A stretch of 64,000 bases of DNA from Candidatus Obscuribacteraceae bacterium (GCA_044226015.1 JBGAHS010000004.1:160001-224000); one strand, 5' to 3'. Counted from the first letter of the stretch, positions 9,231 to 19,699 are shown. Notes: generated by a model from the letters alone, not told the origin. Program-made: numbers and translations.

Positions 9231-10364
9231 ATGACTGACCTGATTCTCTCGGAAGAAAGCAAACAATATGAAGACCTGGCTCGCGACTTCTTTCAGAATG
9301 AAGTTGCCACCAAATCGGAGAAGTTAGATCATGAGGCGCGCATACCTCTCGATTTGTACAAAGCCGCCTGGGAACTGGGTCTAGCTACAACGCTTATTCC
9401 CGAAGAGTTCGGTGGGCTCGGGCTGTCCCTGTGGGACACTGTAGTGATGGCCGAAGAGGCTGGTGCTGCCTCCGGTGGTGTCGCATCTATTTTTGAAGGC
9501 AATGTTCTCGCCGCTGCCCCAGTGATGGTGGCAGGAAATCCAACGCAAAAGGAAAAGTATCTTTCTGTGCTAACTGCAGAAGCCGTACTGGCAGGTTTTT
9601 GTTTCCCAGCTGATGCGGATTCAGGTCAATATCCGCGAACCAGCGCAAGTTTTACAAAGCAAGGTTCAAGCTACATACTGAACGCTGAGAAGTTGATTGC
9701 TATCAATGGTGCCAATGCTTCCTGGTTTTTTGCTCTTGCCTCTGATGCTTCTGGCAAAATTTCAGCTTTCGTCTTTGACGCAAATTTGCCTGGTGTTACC
9801 CGTGGTGCACAAATACCCAAGCTCGGACGCAAGTGTGCAGACATATGCGTTGTGGCCTTTTCAAATTTGTCATTGAGTGCGGAGAATTTGTTAGGCAACG
9901 AAGGCGACGGCACAGAGGTTTTGCAGCAATCAAATGCGATTAGTGCTGCTGTTGTTGCTGCTCATGCCACTGGCTTGATGCGTTGTGGGCTTGAAAATTC
10001 CATTCGTTATTCTAAAGAGCGTCAAACATTTGGAAAACCCATAGGCACTCATCAGGCAATCGGATTTATGCTTGCTGATATGGCCAAAAATGTTCAATGC
10101 GCAAGATTGATGACATGGAAAGCCGCCAAGCTTTATGACGATGGAGTTCATGATTCAATTCAAGCACTCTGTGCAAAAACTTTTGCTGTTGATGCTGCTA
10201 TGAGCTCTGCTACAGATGCTGTGCAAGTTTATGGTGGCTACGGATACTCGAAGGAATACCCCGTTGAGCGCTTGATGCGTGACGCGAAGATGATGCAGAT
10301 GACAGCGGGAAGCACCTTCGAAATCAAATGTGGTCTCGCAGAAAAACTGCTCGCTGCCAAATAA
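9231..10364 (+). CDS. Acyl-CoA dehydrogenase family protein with a degenerate active site
   Basis: IPEEFGGLG, RQTFGKPIGTHQAI, AVQVYGGYGYSKEYPVERLMRDAK are present; TEPxxGSD and YEGT are absent. Confidence 0.88.
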   Translation: MTDLILSEESKQYEDLARDFFQNEVATKSEKLDHEARIPLDLYKAAWELGLATTLIPEEFGGLGLSLWDTVVMAEEAGAASGGVASIFEGNVLAAAPVMVAGNPTQKEKYLSVLTAEAVLAGFCFPADADSGQYPRTSASFTKQGSSYILNAEKLIAINGANASWFFALASDASGKISAFVFDANLPGVTRGAQIPKLGRKCADICVVAFSNLSLSAENLLGNEGDGTEVLQQSNAISAAVVAAHATGLMRCGLENSIRYSKERQTFGKPIGTHQAIGFMLADMAKNVQCARLMTWKAAKLYDDGVHDSIQALCAKTFAVDAAMSSATDAVQVYGGYGYSKEYPVERLMRDAKMMQMTAGSTFEIKCGLAEKLLAAK

Positions 10365-10376
10365 CCACTACTATTT

Positions 10377-10691
10377 ATGAGAATAATCAAGAAGGATAGA
10401 GTTCCATTCAACCCTGATGATTTCAAAAAGGGTCGTCTCCTGATTGTGAAAGTGCCACCATTTTATGACAAAGAGTATTTGTACGAAGTGAGTGGTGCCG
10501 GTGCTAGTGTTGTGCGAGCCAATCTTTATCATTCACCCAAAGTGAAGAAGCAATGGTCGCACGATGATCTCGGATTGTTGTTCGATAATGGCATGGTTCG
10601 ATTTGCTCAAGAAGCTGATGTTCAGCGCTTAAGTTCCAGCAGCAATGATCAAGCTGCAGATACTGAAGATGTTGCAGAAGATGGTTTCTAA
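10377..10691 (+). CDS. Hypothetical protein
   Basis: 104-aa ORF 12 nt downstream of the ACAD gene; acidic tail. Confidence 0.65.
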   Translation: MRIIKKDRVPFNPDDFKKGRLLIVKVPPFYDKEYLYEVSGAGASVVRANLYHSPKVKKQWSHDDLGLLFDNGMVRFAQEADVQRLSSSSNDQAADTEDVAEDGF

Positions 10692-10801
10692 AGCAGCTTC
10701 ATCTTGAGCACTTTTCTCTAGGCAACGTAACTTTTGAGCATAGTTATACAGCAATTTCTGCAGACCTGTGAGTGCTGACAGAGTACGTTTGCGGTCTTTA
10801 G

Positions 10802-11212
10802 TTACTGCGCACCTTGCTGTTGCGGAACTTGTTGTTGGTATTGCTGTTGTTGCTGTGACGGATCAATCGGCGCTTGCGTGTTAGTGGCATCGCCCGAATT
10901 TTGTTGGACCCCTACAAATTGATTTAGCTGATCTTCAAATGGAATTGGTTGATGAATTACGAATTTCATCATGAAGTAATAGACGAAAGCGATAGTGAGT
11001 AAGCTGGTTAAAGTCAGGAAAAATGTGCGCGCCTGCCTGAGCCCGTCGTACGAAGTGCCTTTGGAAAGCCGGTACTTTGAGCCGCCGTCTGCCTTCTCTT
11101 CTTCACCAGCTAAGCGGATGCGGTCCTCTGTGATGGAACGTCGGCAGCTCACGCAAAACTTTAATGACGAGGTCAGTAAAGTACCGCAATTTGGGCACAA
11201 TTCTGATGACAT
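10802..11212 (-). CDS. Zinc-ribbon single-pass membrane protein
   Basis: CPNCG...FCVSCR, one TM helix, Gln-rich tail. Confidence 0.75.
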   Translation of the reverse strand: MSSELCPNCGTLLTSSLKFCVSCRRSITEDRIRLAGEEEKADGGSKYRLSKGTSYDGLRQARTFFLTLTSLLTIAFVYYFMMKFVIHQPIPFEDQLNQFVGVQQNSGDATNTQAPIDPSQQQQQYQQQVPQQQGAQ

Positions 11213-11244
11213 AATTTGTCCTTGTAGTAATTATTGGACCTGAA

Positions 11245-11469
11245 CTAAAGTTCGACCGGGCTGCCTCCACAATACCTTCTGTACATTTCAGCGATTGACT
11301 CTCTGTCACCGGCAAGAGTTTGTTGTCTGCCGTTTAACTCAACGATTCGATCTTTGAGCTGTTCAATTTGTTGCTGAATGACGTTGATTTCCTCGCCGAT
11401 TTCAGTTTCTGTGAGTGTGAGTGCATCTGCTAAAGTGCCAAATGCCTTTTCAAGCTCATTGTCTGCCAT
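11245..11469 (-). CDS. Small coiled-coil protein
   Basis: Heptad pattern IQQQIEQLKDRIVELNGRQQTL; AGGAAAG RBS-like sequence upstream. Confidence 0.65.
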   Translation of the reverse strand: MADNELEKAFGTLADALTLTETEIGEEINVIQQQIEQLKDRIVELNGRQQTLAGDRESIAEMYRRYCGGSPVEL

Positions 11470-11573
11470 TTGCGTCTCTTTCCTTCTAGCTTATAAGAAG
11501 CCATAAGTCTTTATTGTATCCACTGTGATTCCCAAAACTCATTCAATGCATTCATGATTTTGGTACTCAAATC

Positions 11574-12350
11574 TTAAATACCCGCACCATGCAAAAAAAC
11601 TTCAACGGGATCATCGAAACCTTCTTTTAACTCACTATCAGACGCAGCCTGGCCTATAGCTTGCGATGATTCATCAGGCGTTGTGCTTTCCTGTGAACCA
11701 GGTTGCGAATGTGCTTTTGCAAGAGTTTCGAAACGCTTTTCCAGTTCTTCAATTTTGTGTTTCATGCTTTTTAAGGCCTGTGCTTCGATGTCGGGAACTT
11801 TACCGTCGTCGACTTTCTTTCCTTCACGATAAATGACACGACCTGGCACACCAACAACAATTGAATCTGAAGGCACGTCTCTCAAAACGATGGAGCCAGA
11901 GGCAACTTTTACGTTGTCACCGACGATTACAGCTCCTTGAATTTCTGCTCCACTTCCGACAATTACCGATTTACCTAAAGTGGGATGGCGTTTAGTGCCT
12001 CTAGTCGTGGCCCCGCCGCGAGCCTCGCTGCCAGCCCCCAGTGTCACGCCCTGATAAAGCACACAGTCGTCACCGACCTCTGCCGTTTCTCCGATGACGA
12101 CTCCCATGCCATGGTCAATCAGTACTCTCTCTCCGATTTTTGCGCCGGGGTGAATTTCGATTCCGGTCAGCATTCTTCCAATCTGAGAAATAAAACGGGC
12201 CGCCGTGAAATTCTTGGACCTATAGAAACGATTGGCGATTCTATAAATCTGAATGGCGTGAAGTCCTGGATAGCAAAGAAGCACCTCCAGTTCACTGCGG
12301 GCGGCAGGGTCCTTCTCTAATATATTGCGGATATCTTCTTTTAGCCCCAC
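11574..12350 (-). CDS. cysE: Serine O-acetyltransferase
   Basis: KDPAARS, YPGLHA, TGIEIHPGAKIG, IDHGMGVVIGETA, KRHPTLG, VVGVPGRV. Confidence 0.95.
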   Translation of the reverse strand: MGLKEDIRNILEKDPAARSELEVLLCYPGLHAIQIYRIANRFYRSKNFTAARFISQIGRMLTGIEIHPGAKIGERVLIDHGMGVVIGETAEVGDDCVLYQGVTLGAGSEARGGATTRGTKRHPTLGKSVIVGSGAEIQGAVIVGDNVKVASGSIVLRDVPSDSIVVGVPGRVIYREGKKVDDGKVPDIEAQALKSMKHKIEELEKRFETLAKAHSQPGSQESTTPDESSQAIGQAASDSELKEGFDDPVEVFLHGAGI

Positions 12351-12786
12351 GCGACTTACTCCGGGTTTTCCACGTTAAATTTGCAATTTAAGCAAACTTT
12401 TTGCGGGTTTGACCGTATTCTCCCGCAAAGCTGAAGACTATTGTTAGGTTGGTAAGGAGGTCGAGGAAAGAATGGTAAAACGCCCGAGATCTAGCAAAAT
12501 TGGCACTTTATGTTAATTCTGTTGTGAAATCGGGCATGAGATAAACGGGTTGAAGACCCAAGTGGCGCGGCAGATTAGCGAAAAACAATCTTCTTGGCTA
12601 CGTAGGATTCCCACCTGAACCCTAAAGAAAACCTTAAAACAGGTATATCCTTTTCAATGGTCTCTTTAAAACTGTCCAATATTTCGGAAATCCGGATAGA
12701 TGTCAGTAGGTGAGACGACTAGTAAGAAAACGTAAGAGCGATTCAGTAGAAACGAGTAAGGACAAGCAAAAGAGCGATTAGAGCCA

Positions 12787-15700
12787 ATGTCAGCAGGAGA
12801 TGGAAAACCTGATATCCATCCACCGGTTTCGAAAAAGGACATGGTGGAGGCTTTAGGTACGAACCCAGCACTGGGTGCGTCCGATAAGCTGCTGCATGAT
12901 GCCAATCTGTCCACTCAACTCTCAACTCTTTCAAACGCGAACACCTTTAAACCAGTAGTGGCAAACAGTTTTGGGATGGTCGGACTCAAGCGCGAAGCTA
13001 GCTTGCTGTCTTCCGATGTCGTATCCAAACGAAAGGCTATCGAAACGGGCAACGGCGTAGGCGATTTCGCTGTCAACTTCTTCGACGGTGGTATCCGGAA
13101 CCTCGCCAATATCGGCAAGAGCGGGCTTGATGCAATTCGCAATCCCTTAAAGGTTGGCGAAGACGCGAAGAAAGCCGCAGAAATTATCGTAGAGAATCCG
13201 AATGCTGTGGCAGCAATGGCTACAGACTTCGGTAAAACTCTCGTAGGAACCAAGGGCGCTGGTGAAGCCGGCGCAAGCTGGGGTAACCTCACCACCACCG
13301 TTGGTATGTTCTTTGTAGGTGGAAAAGGTGCTCTGAGCAAGGCAGAAGTAGGCGCTGTTGAAGGAAGCGCCAGCCTAGAGGCTAAAGTCGCTCAGACAGG
13401 TAAGCTAATCAGTTCGGCAGAGGTTGGTGGCGTCAGGACCGCAGACCAACTTGGCACAGTATCTCGCACTCTGCCAACTCGCGTTGATGGCTTGGTTGTA
13501 AGACCTGTAGCTGAACCGATAGTAGCCCCGAAAGTTCAGCCGGGGTTGAAGCCAGCGGAATTCGCTCCTGGTAAGCTTGAGGTCAATGCTCCGAAGCTGG
13601 GAGAGCCGCCTGTGCTCCGTCCGGCAGAGCCGACCGTCAGACTCAGTGAACCTGTGAAAGTTGCAGAACCTTTGAAAGTTCCGGAGCCTGTAAAAGTTCT
13701 GGAGCCTGTGAAAGTTCCAGAGCCTGTGAAAGTTCCAGAGCCTGTGAAAGTTCCAGAGCCTGTGAAGGTTACAGAGCCTGTGAAGGTTCCAGAGCCAACT
13801 TTGAAAGAGCCAGTCAAACCGGCAGAAGTCAAAATAGGTGGCGGAGCTGATGATGCTACTGCTGCGTCACGCACAATTCATGAGCCAGCTGTGGCTAAAG
13901 GCGAGCCTGTTAAGAATCCTCAGGGTGGTCTGCATGAAGAATCTGTCGTAGCTCCAAAAGAAAATGCTTTTGCACCGAAGGACAGACCAGCGCCTGCCGT
14001 GCATGAAGAGCCTGTTGTTGCACCGAAGGACAAGACCGCACCTGTTTTGCATGAAGAGCCTGTTGTTGCACCGAAGGACAAGACCGCACCTGCTTTGCAT
14101 GAAGAGCCTGTTGTTGCACCGAAGGACAAGGCACCTGCGGTGCATGAAGATCCCCTTGTTGCACCGAAGGACAAGGCACCTGCGGTGCATGAAGATCCGC
14201 TTGCAGCACCGAAGGACAAAGCACCTGCGGTGCATGAAGATCCTCTTGCTGCTCCGAAGGACAAGGCACCTGCGGTGCATGAAGATCCTCTTGCCGCGCC
14301 GAAGGACAAGACTGCGCCTGCAATGCATGAAGATCCCCTTGCCGCGCCGAAGGACAAGACTGCACCTGCCGTGCATGAAGATCCTCTTGCAGCACCGAGA
14401 GAGAAACCTTCTCATCTTGATGATACAGTTCCGAAGGCCGATTCGTTAGTTGATGATGCCGCCAGAGTTAAAAAGGATGCTGACGATTTAGCTCCGAAGA
14501 AAACGGATAAGACATCTCCCCGTACGGATGAGCCGGGTACCAAACCGCGTAACGTGGACGAACCGGTAGCTCCGAAGGAGCAAGTCTCACCGCGCAATAA
14601 CGTTGCGGATGATGCACATGCGCCAAAACCAGATCCAGATGCAACCATAAAGCATTCACCAAACCCGGTGGATGACATTCGTGCGCCGAAGGAAGAGCCG
14701 CACGTTAGAAAGCCAGAGCCAGATGCAACCATAAAGCATTCGACTAACCCAGCAGATGATATTCATGCTCCGAAGAACGAGCCTGTGGCTCCGAAACCAG
14801 AGCCAGAAACAACAATTAAGCGAAACAGTCCTGCCGACGAGGTCAAGCCTGCTGATCATCTAGTGGACGATGTGAAGCCTAAGACTGTTCAGCCTAAGCC
14901 AGAGCATACCGTTGAACCAGGCACAAATCCAAGAACAGTAGAACCTGCTAAACCTGTTGAACCCAAAGACTTTTCGCCTACTCAGCCTGGTCCGAGAAAC
15001 GTCGACCCAGCTGCTCCTCGAACAAATGTAGAGCCCGGTCCTCGCGACCTTGCACCAAGAGAACCTGGAGTTCAGCCAGATCGCACTACGGATCTGCGTC
15101 CGAAGGATGCACCACAGACGGTGTCTCCTGCAGAAACTGATGCACGTAATCTTATTCGCAATCTCGATAAGCTTCCTCCGGGAACACCTGGAGTTACTGA
15201 TGCACAAACAAAACTGAATATCTTCAAAGATCATCCAACTCCAGATAACTATCGTGATCTTGCCGACACGCTGAAAACAATCGCCAAAGATAGTCCGGTT
15301 GTGCGTGAACAGGTTCAGGTGGCATTGGAGTCTGCTCGTCAGCAAGTATTGACTCATGCTGTAAACGAAACAGCTCAGAGCTTAGAGCGATTGATATCTC
15401 AAGCCAATACACGTCTAGTAGGTTTGCCACCTGAAGTTCAAGCCAGAGCACAAGCCGTGCTCCAAGATATGCGAGGAGCTTCACAGCAATTCCTTACCGC
15501 AAGCACATCGACAGCTCAAGGTGCTGCACTTCAGCAATTGAAGGGCAATACATATCAGATGATGCAAGTTCTTCAAGCGAGTAAGGGCGCTCAGTCTGAG
15601 CTTGAGAACGCTCTTCTGAAGTTGAGCAACGCCCATAAAGACCTGATCTCAGCCAATTACCTTGTACGTACGGGTGGTACAGCTTCGGGTCAAGCAATTG

Positions 15701-16560
15701 ATTTCGTCAAGAACTACTGGCCAAATTTACTTGGTGCTGCACTCGTAAGTGCAGAGTTGCGTTCGCTTTTGGGTAGTGCAAGACAAAATCTCGAAGCTAC
15801 TGCAAAAGCGATGCAAGCTCAAGAACTAGAGAAAAAGGCGGAGTCTTCTGAGACTAAGAAGGCTGAAGCCGGCGCTGGTGGCGAGAAGCACGCTGAAAAT
15901 AACAATGCAGAGAAACAGCAACGTGCGTCAGTTGATGAAGCAAGAACTCAGCCTGGTTCTTTGTTCCTGAATTCTAAGGATCCGGCTCTACATAAAGTTG
16001 TAGACACGAAAGAAACCATTCGCAAGCACAATCTTTCTACCTATGGAATTGATGTCGATTACACCTACTATCAGCGTGGTCCTGGTCAGGTAGTGGTCGA
16101 TGAACGTCCAGCCGTGCTTCCTGCCGCAGCAAATCGCATCGGTTTCCGCAATGGTGGCGGAGAGCAAGATAAGCCTGCTGTGCCGAAATTCGATTTCACC
16201 AAAACCAGAATGCCAGCCAGTAAGCTTGCTGTAGACAATACATATTTGCCTTCAACCATGAACCTCCGTCCAGGCTCTTCTTCTAGACCGGGTGCTCGCA
16301 ATAATAGTGCTACTGGCGGTGGCAGCAATGACCCACATGCAAGCAATTTGATGTCTAAGAATTATGCCTTCGTTGTAGGTCCGAATGCAAACTCAGGCTC
16401 TGCTACAAGCCGTTATGGTGGACCAACTGCAGGTGCTGAGGCTAGCGAAAAGTCAAACACCGATCGCTCATCATCGGGTGGTGTAGCTACAACACAGTCA
16501 CCAAATACGGTGGTGGCAGCGGCAGTTCTTTCAGCATCAGCTCAAAACGAAGAGTCGTAA
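12787..16560 (+). CDS. Large Pro/charge-rich repeat protein (1257 aa), function unknown
   Basis: Long ORF with amphipathic N-terminal region, two tandem repeat blocks, a helical region and a low-complexity C-terminus. Confidence 0.8.
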   Translation: MSAGDGKPDIHPPVSKKDMVEALGTNPALGASDKLLHDANLSTQLSTLSNANTFKPVVANSFGMVGLKREASLLSSDVVSKRKAIETGNGVGDFAVNFFDGGIRNLANIGKSGLDAIRNPLKVGEDAKKAAEIIVENPNAVAAMATDFGKTLVGTKGAGEAGASWGNLTTTVGMFFVGGKGALSKAEVGAVEGSASLEAKVAQTGKLISSAEVGGVRTADQLGTVSRTLPTRVDGLVVRPVAEPIVAPKVQPGLKPAEFAPGKLEVNAPKLGEPPVLRPAEPTVRLSEPVKVAEPLKVPEPVKVLEPVKVPEPVKVPEPVKVPEPVKVTEPVKVPEPTLKEPVKPAEVKIGGGADDATAASRTIHEPAVAKGEPVKNPQGGLHEESVVAPKENAFAPKDRPAPAVHEEPVVAPKDKTAPVLHEEPVVAPKDKTAPALHEEPVVAPKDKAPAVHEDPLVAPKDKAPAVHEDPLAAPKDKAPAVHEDPLAAPKDKAPAVHEDPLAAPKDKTAPAMHEDPLAAPKDKTAPAVHEDPLAAPREKPSHLDDTVPKADSLVDDAARVKKDADDLAPKKTDKTSPRTDEPGTKPRNVDEPVAPKEQVSPRNNVADDAHAPKPDPDATIKHSPNPVDDIRAPKEEPHVRKPEPDATIKHSTNPADDIHAPKNEPVAPKPEPETTIKRNSPADEVKPADHLVDDVKPKTVQPKPEHTVEPGTNPRTVEPAKPVEPKDFSPTQPGPRNVDPAAPRTNVEPGPRDLAPREPGVQPDRTTDLRPKDAPQTVSPAETDARNLIRNLDKLPPGTPGVTDAQTKLNIFKDHPTPDNYRDLADTLKTIAKDSPVVREQVQVALESARQQVLTHAVNETAQSLERLISQANTRLVGLPPEVQARAQAVLQDMRGASQQFLTASTSTAQGAALQQLKGNTYQMMQVLQASKGAQSELENALLKLSNAHKDLISANYLVRTGGTASGQAIDFVKNYWPNLLGAALVSAELRSLLGSARQNLEATAKAMQAQELEKKAESSETKKAEAGAGGEKHAENNNAEKQQRASVDEARTQPGSLFLNSKDPALHKVVDTKETIRKHNLSTYGIDVDYTYYQRGPGQVVVDERPAVLPAAANRIGFRNGGGEQDKPAVPKFDFTKTRMPASKLAVDNTYLPSTMNLRPGSSSRPGARNNSATGGGSNDPHASNLMSKNYAFVVGPNANSGSATSRYGGPTAGAEASEKSNTDRSSSGGVATTQSPNTVVAAAVLSASAQNEES
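13645..13788 (+). repeat. 8 x 18-bp coding tandem repeat (xEPVKV)
   Basis: GAGCCTGTGAAAGTTCCA-type units. Confidence 0.9.
13990..14406 (+). repeat. 9 x 45-48-bp coding tandem repeat (APAVHE[ED]P[VL][VA]APKDK[T])
   Basis: Read in both the DNA and the translation. Confidence 0.9.
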
Positions 16561-16567
16561 TTTTTGA

Positions 16568-17842
16568 CTAGGCGACGTAATCGCTCATAACGATAACTGT
16601 GTTATGTCCGCCAAAGCCAAGTGCTTCAACGAGGGCGTTTTTGATCTTCGCATCTCTAGCTACGTTAGGAACATAGTCCAGATCGCATTGCGGGTCAGGA
16701 TTGTCGAGGTTAATCGTTGGGTGAATCTTCTGGTTCTTCAAAGCCATTGCCGTTGCTGCAGCACCGATTGCTCCAGCTGCGCCCAAAAGATGTCCTACCA
16801 TCGATTTTGTGCTTGAAACTTGTAGTTTGTACGCATGAGAGCCGAATACCGACTTCAGCGCGAGAGTCTCACGAACGTCATTCAGTGGGGTTGATGTGCC
16901 ATGTGCATTGATGTAATCAATTTGCGATGGGTCAAGTTGTGCATCACGCAGAGCTTCTCTCATGGCGCGTGCAGCACCGGCTCCGTGCTCGTCTGGAGCG
17001 ACAATGTGAGTCGCATCGCAGCTTGCTCCACCGCCCATGATTTCGGCGTAAATTGGAGCATTTCTCCGCAGAGCATGCTCAAGTTCTTCAAGGATGAGAA
17101 TGACTGCGCCTTCTCCTAGAACAAAGCCATCGCGGTCTGCGCTGAAAGGTCTGCTAGCTTTTTGCGGCTCATCGTTGCGCTTTGACAAAGCCATCATGTT
17201 ACCGAAAGACGCTACCGCGAATGGATTGAGTGAGGCTTCGGTTCCGCCAGAAATCATCACATCTGCACGATTGCTCTTGATGTACATGTAAGCATCGAAC
17301 AAAGAATCAAGACCGCTTGCGCATGCTGTTGCGTCGCTCTTAGCTCTGCCTTTCGCGCCGAACTCAATCGCTACCTGTCCAGAAGGCGCGTTCGGCATCA
17401 ATCGGATGATTGATCTCAATCCAATCTTCTTGGGTCCACCAGCCATCAGCTTAATGTGGTCTGCGGTTGTTGTGATGAGTCCACCAACTCCGGTTCCGAT
17501 GAAGGTTCCAACGCGGTCTGGTGTTTCAGTTGAGCGTATGTCAAGGTTTGAATCTTCCAGCGCAAGCTTAGCTGCTGTCATAGCGAACAGTGTTACGCGA
17601 TCCATCTCTTTGAGCATGGATCCTATTTTTCGCTTGTCTGGAAAGTAATCAGCGATATCAAAGTTCTTGACTTCCGCTGCTATTTTGACTTCGAGCCCGA
17701 TCTCGTCTGGGTCAAATTGGGTTATGCGCGATGCTCCGGAAGTTCCAGACAGCAAGGCTCTCCACATGTCGTCTTTTCCAATTCCAACCGGACTGACGAC
17801 TCCGATTCCTGTTACTACCACTCGCCTGCTATCGTACGACAT
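16568..17842 (-). CDS. fabF: Beta-ketoacyl-ACP synthase II
   Basis: RRVVVTGIG, TACASG, NAHGTST, GHLLGAAG, GFGGHN. Confidence 0.95.
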   Translation of the reverse strand: MSYDSRRVVVTGIGVVSPVGIGKDDMWRALLSGTSGASRITQFDPDEIGLEVKIAAEVKNFDIADYFPDKRKIGSMLKEMDRVTLFAMTAAKLALEDSNLDIRSTETPDRVGTFIGTGVGGLITTTADHIKLMAGGPKKIGLRSIIRLMPNAPSGQVAIEFGAKGRAKSDATACASGLDSLFDAYMYIKSNRADVMISGGTEASLNPFAVASFGNMMALSKRNDEPQKASRPFSADRDGFVLGEGAVILILEELEHALRRNAPIYAEIMGGGASCDATHIVAPDEHGAGAARAMREALRDAQLDPSQIDYINAHGTSTPLNDVRETLALKSVFGSHAYKLQVSSTKSMVGHLLGAAGAIGAAATAMALKNQKIHPTINLDNPDPQCDLDYVPNVARDAKIKNALVEALGFGGHNTVIVMSDYVA

Positions 17843-18285
17843 CTGTAAATCTCACAAAGACCTAGACCAATAGTACATTTTACTCTTTTGCTATTCAAAA
17901 CAATGTAGCTCAAGATTGGAACCTAATAATAAAGATGGGCTTTTCGGAATCAGCTCTAGTCTGTAAACGCTCTGTCATCAGGCGTTGTGCCACGAGCTCT
18001 GCATGATGACTGTTGGTCTGAATGAAACTTCACGAATCAACGCAATATGTACTTTTGATTACATGCCGGTCAAAATCTTGTGTAAGGTAAGGCTCGGAGC
18101 ACTTGGTTTGTTCTGGCTTTTTGAATTTGGAATAGGAACTCATTGATAGTATTTCGTCGCCGCTGAAGACTATCTTGTCCAATAACATTGGTCTAAATCG
18201 CTTAGTGCCTCGACATCTCTTTCGTGTTTTGGCAAATGTGAAATGAACCAAGGACAGTTTTTCAGCAAGCGCATTAGCATTTATC

Positions 18286-19014
18286 TTAGTGGTCGAGATA
18301 ATCATCATCGAAATCTGACCCAAGCTCGGAGCCACCATGCACGATGCCAGATTCGAAGCGTTGCCATGAATCAAGTTCCACATCATTGCACTCGAAAAAG
18401 TCGGAACCATCCTTGATACCACTGTCAAGAGGGTAGAGCAAGCCAGGGTCACCTCGCGCGATTAGAGCTTCGCGCTCTCGAAGCTCTTCATATTCGTCTG
18501 GATATATGCTCAGCGAATCACTGTAGGTGTCCCATGTGTCTTTGTCGATTGATGATGGAGGAAAAAGTTTTGGTTGAACGATGAGTCCTTCCGGACCTCT
18601 TCGTCGGTCAGCTCTAACGTTCTGATGAAATGCAATTTCTAGCTCTTTGCCGATTTCTTTATAGCGAGGCTCATGTTCCGCCACGAGCTGCCAGAAATGT
18701 TTGTTGTGACTTGCTTCCTTGACATGAGAAAGTTCGTGAATTACTAGATATCGACGACCTCTTTCAGGAACGTTTTCTATTGCATATCGAGAGAATGTAA
18801 TAATGCGGGTGTTTAGATTTATCTGTGCCAAACGAGAGTACTTTGCCGAGCCGATTCTTACGCCACCAATCGGAACACGAAGAGTAGCATCGTTTATGCG
18901 TTTGACATACCCCACCATGAATGCTTGATATGCCTCATTGTCATAATGAGGTGTAGATGATTTCTCAGAACTACGTCTGGGTTTTTTGGCAGGAAACAAA
19001 CTTTCTGATCGCAA
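18286..19014 (-). CDS. YgjP/DUF45-like zinc metallopeptidase-domain protein
   Basis: YLVIHELSHVKEASHNKHFWQLV motif; acidic C-terminal extension. Confidence 0.8.
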   Translation of the reverse strand: MRSESLFPAKKPRRSSEKSSTPHYDNEAYQAFMVGYVKRINDATLRVPIGGVRIGSAKYSRLAQINLNTRIITFSRYAIENVPERGRRYLVIHELSHVKEASHNKHFWQLVAEHEPRYKEIGKELEIAFHQNVRADRRRGPEGLIVQPKLFPPSSIDKDTWDTYSDSLSIYPDEYEELREREALIARGDPGLLYPLDSGIKDGSDFFECNDVELDSWQRFESGIVHGGSELGSDFDDDYLDH

Positions 19015-19105
19015 AGCTAGAACCGCAGAAACAAAATTCCTTCAGCAATTGTAGGATATTACTTTTGAACGCTGGCGGCAAGAAGAAATTACTAGAGGAG
19101 ACTGC

Positions 19106-19699
19106 ATGGTGAAAAATCTAACCTTTATCACTGGTGCTGCCCGTTCTGGAAAATCCATTCTGGCGGAAGAGCTAGCTTCAAAATCGGGTAAGTCCGTTTT
19201 TTATTTTGCCACCATGCAGGTGCAAAATGATGACCCTGAACAAGTAAGACGTTTGGAGATGCATCGCGCTCGTCGGCCTGAAAACTGGACGACTATCGAT
19301 GCTCCTTTCGACGCCCATTTATTGTTTGTCTCAACTCCTCCTGGTTCTGCGGTTGTTTTTGATTGCCTGTCCTTGTATGTCACTAATCTGCTAATAAAAA
19401 ACACGCAGGATGACGTAAAGCTGAATGACTCCGCAGGCGGTGTCACTCATGCCAATGGAGATCCTTATTCACGGGAAGACGAAATTCTTTCGCACATCGA
19501 TTTGTTGTTGGATTCTATGCGAAAGCGGTCAGATCTAGAATTTATAGTCGTCACAAACGAAGTCGGTTGGGGCATTGTTCCTGAATACAAACTAGCTAGA
19601 GCCTTCAGGGATGTTCTCGGATTATCTAACCAGAAAATCGCTGCTGCTTCCGAGCGAGCTTATCTTTGCTGCTCAGGTCTGCGCGTCTCGCTCAAATAG
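19106..19699 (+). CDS. cobU: Bifunctional adenosylcobinamide kinase / adenosylcobinamide-phosphate guanylyltransferase
   Basis: ITGAARSGKS, HRARRP..W, DCLSLYVTN, VVTNEVGWGIVP, RAFRD. Confidence 0.93.
   Translation: MVKNLTFITGAARSGKSILAEELASKSGKSVFYFATMQVQNDDPEQVRRLEMHRARRPENWTTIDAPFDAHLLFVSTPPGSAVVFDCLSLYVTNLLIKNTQDDVKLNDSAGGVTHANGDPYSREDEILSHIDLLLDSMRKRSDLEFIVVTNEVGWGIVPEYKLARAFRDVLGLSNQKIAAASERAYLCCSGLRVSLK

Noticed and set aside
13990..14406. 45-48-bp periodic repeats resembling a CRISPR array
   Set aside because: No unique spacers, in-frame coding, and no cas genes.
13536..14732. Antisense and alternative repeat ORFs within the 1257-aa gene
   Set aside because: By-products of coding tandem repeats.
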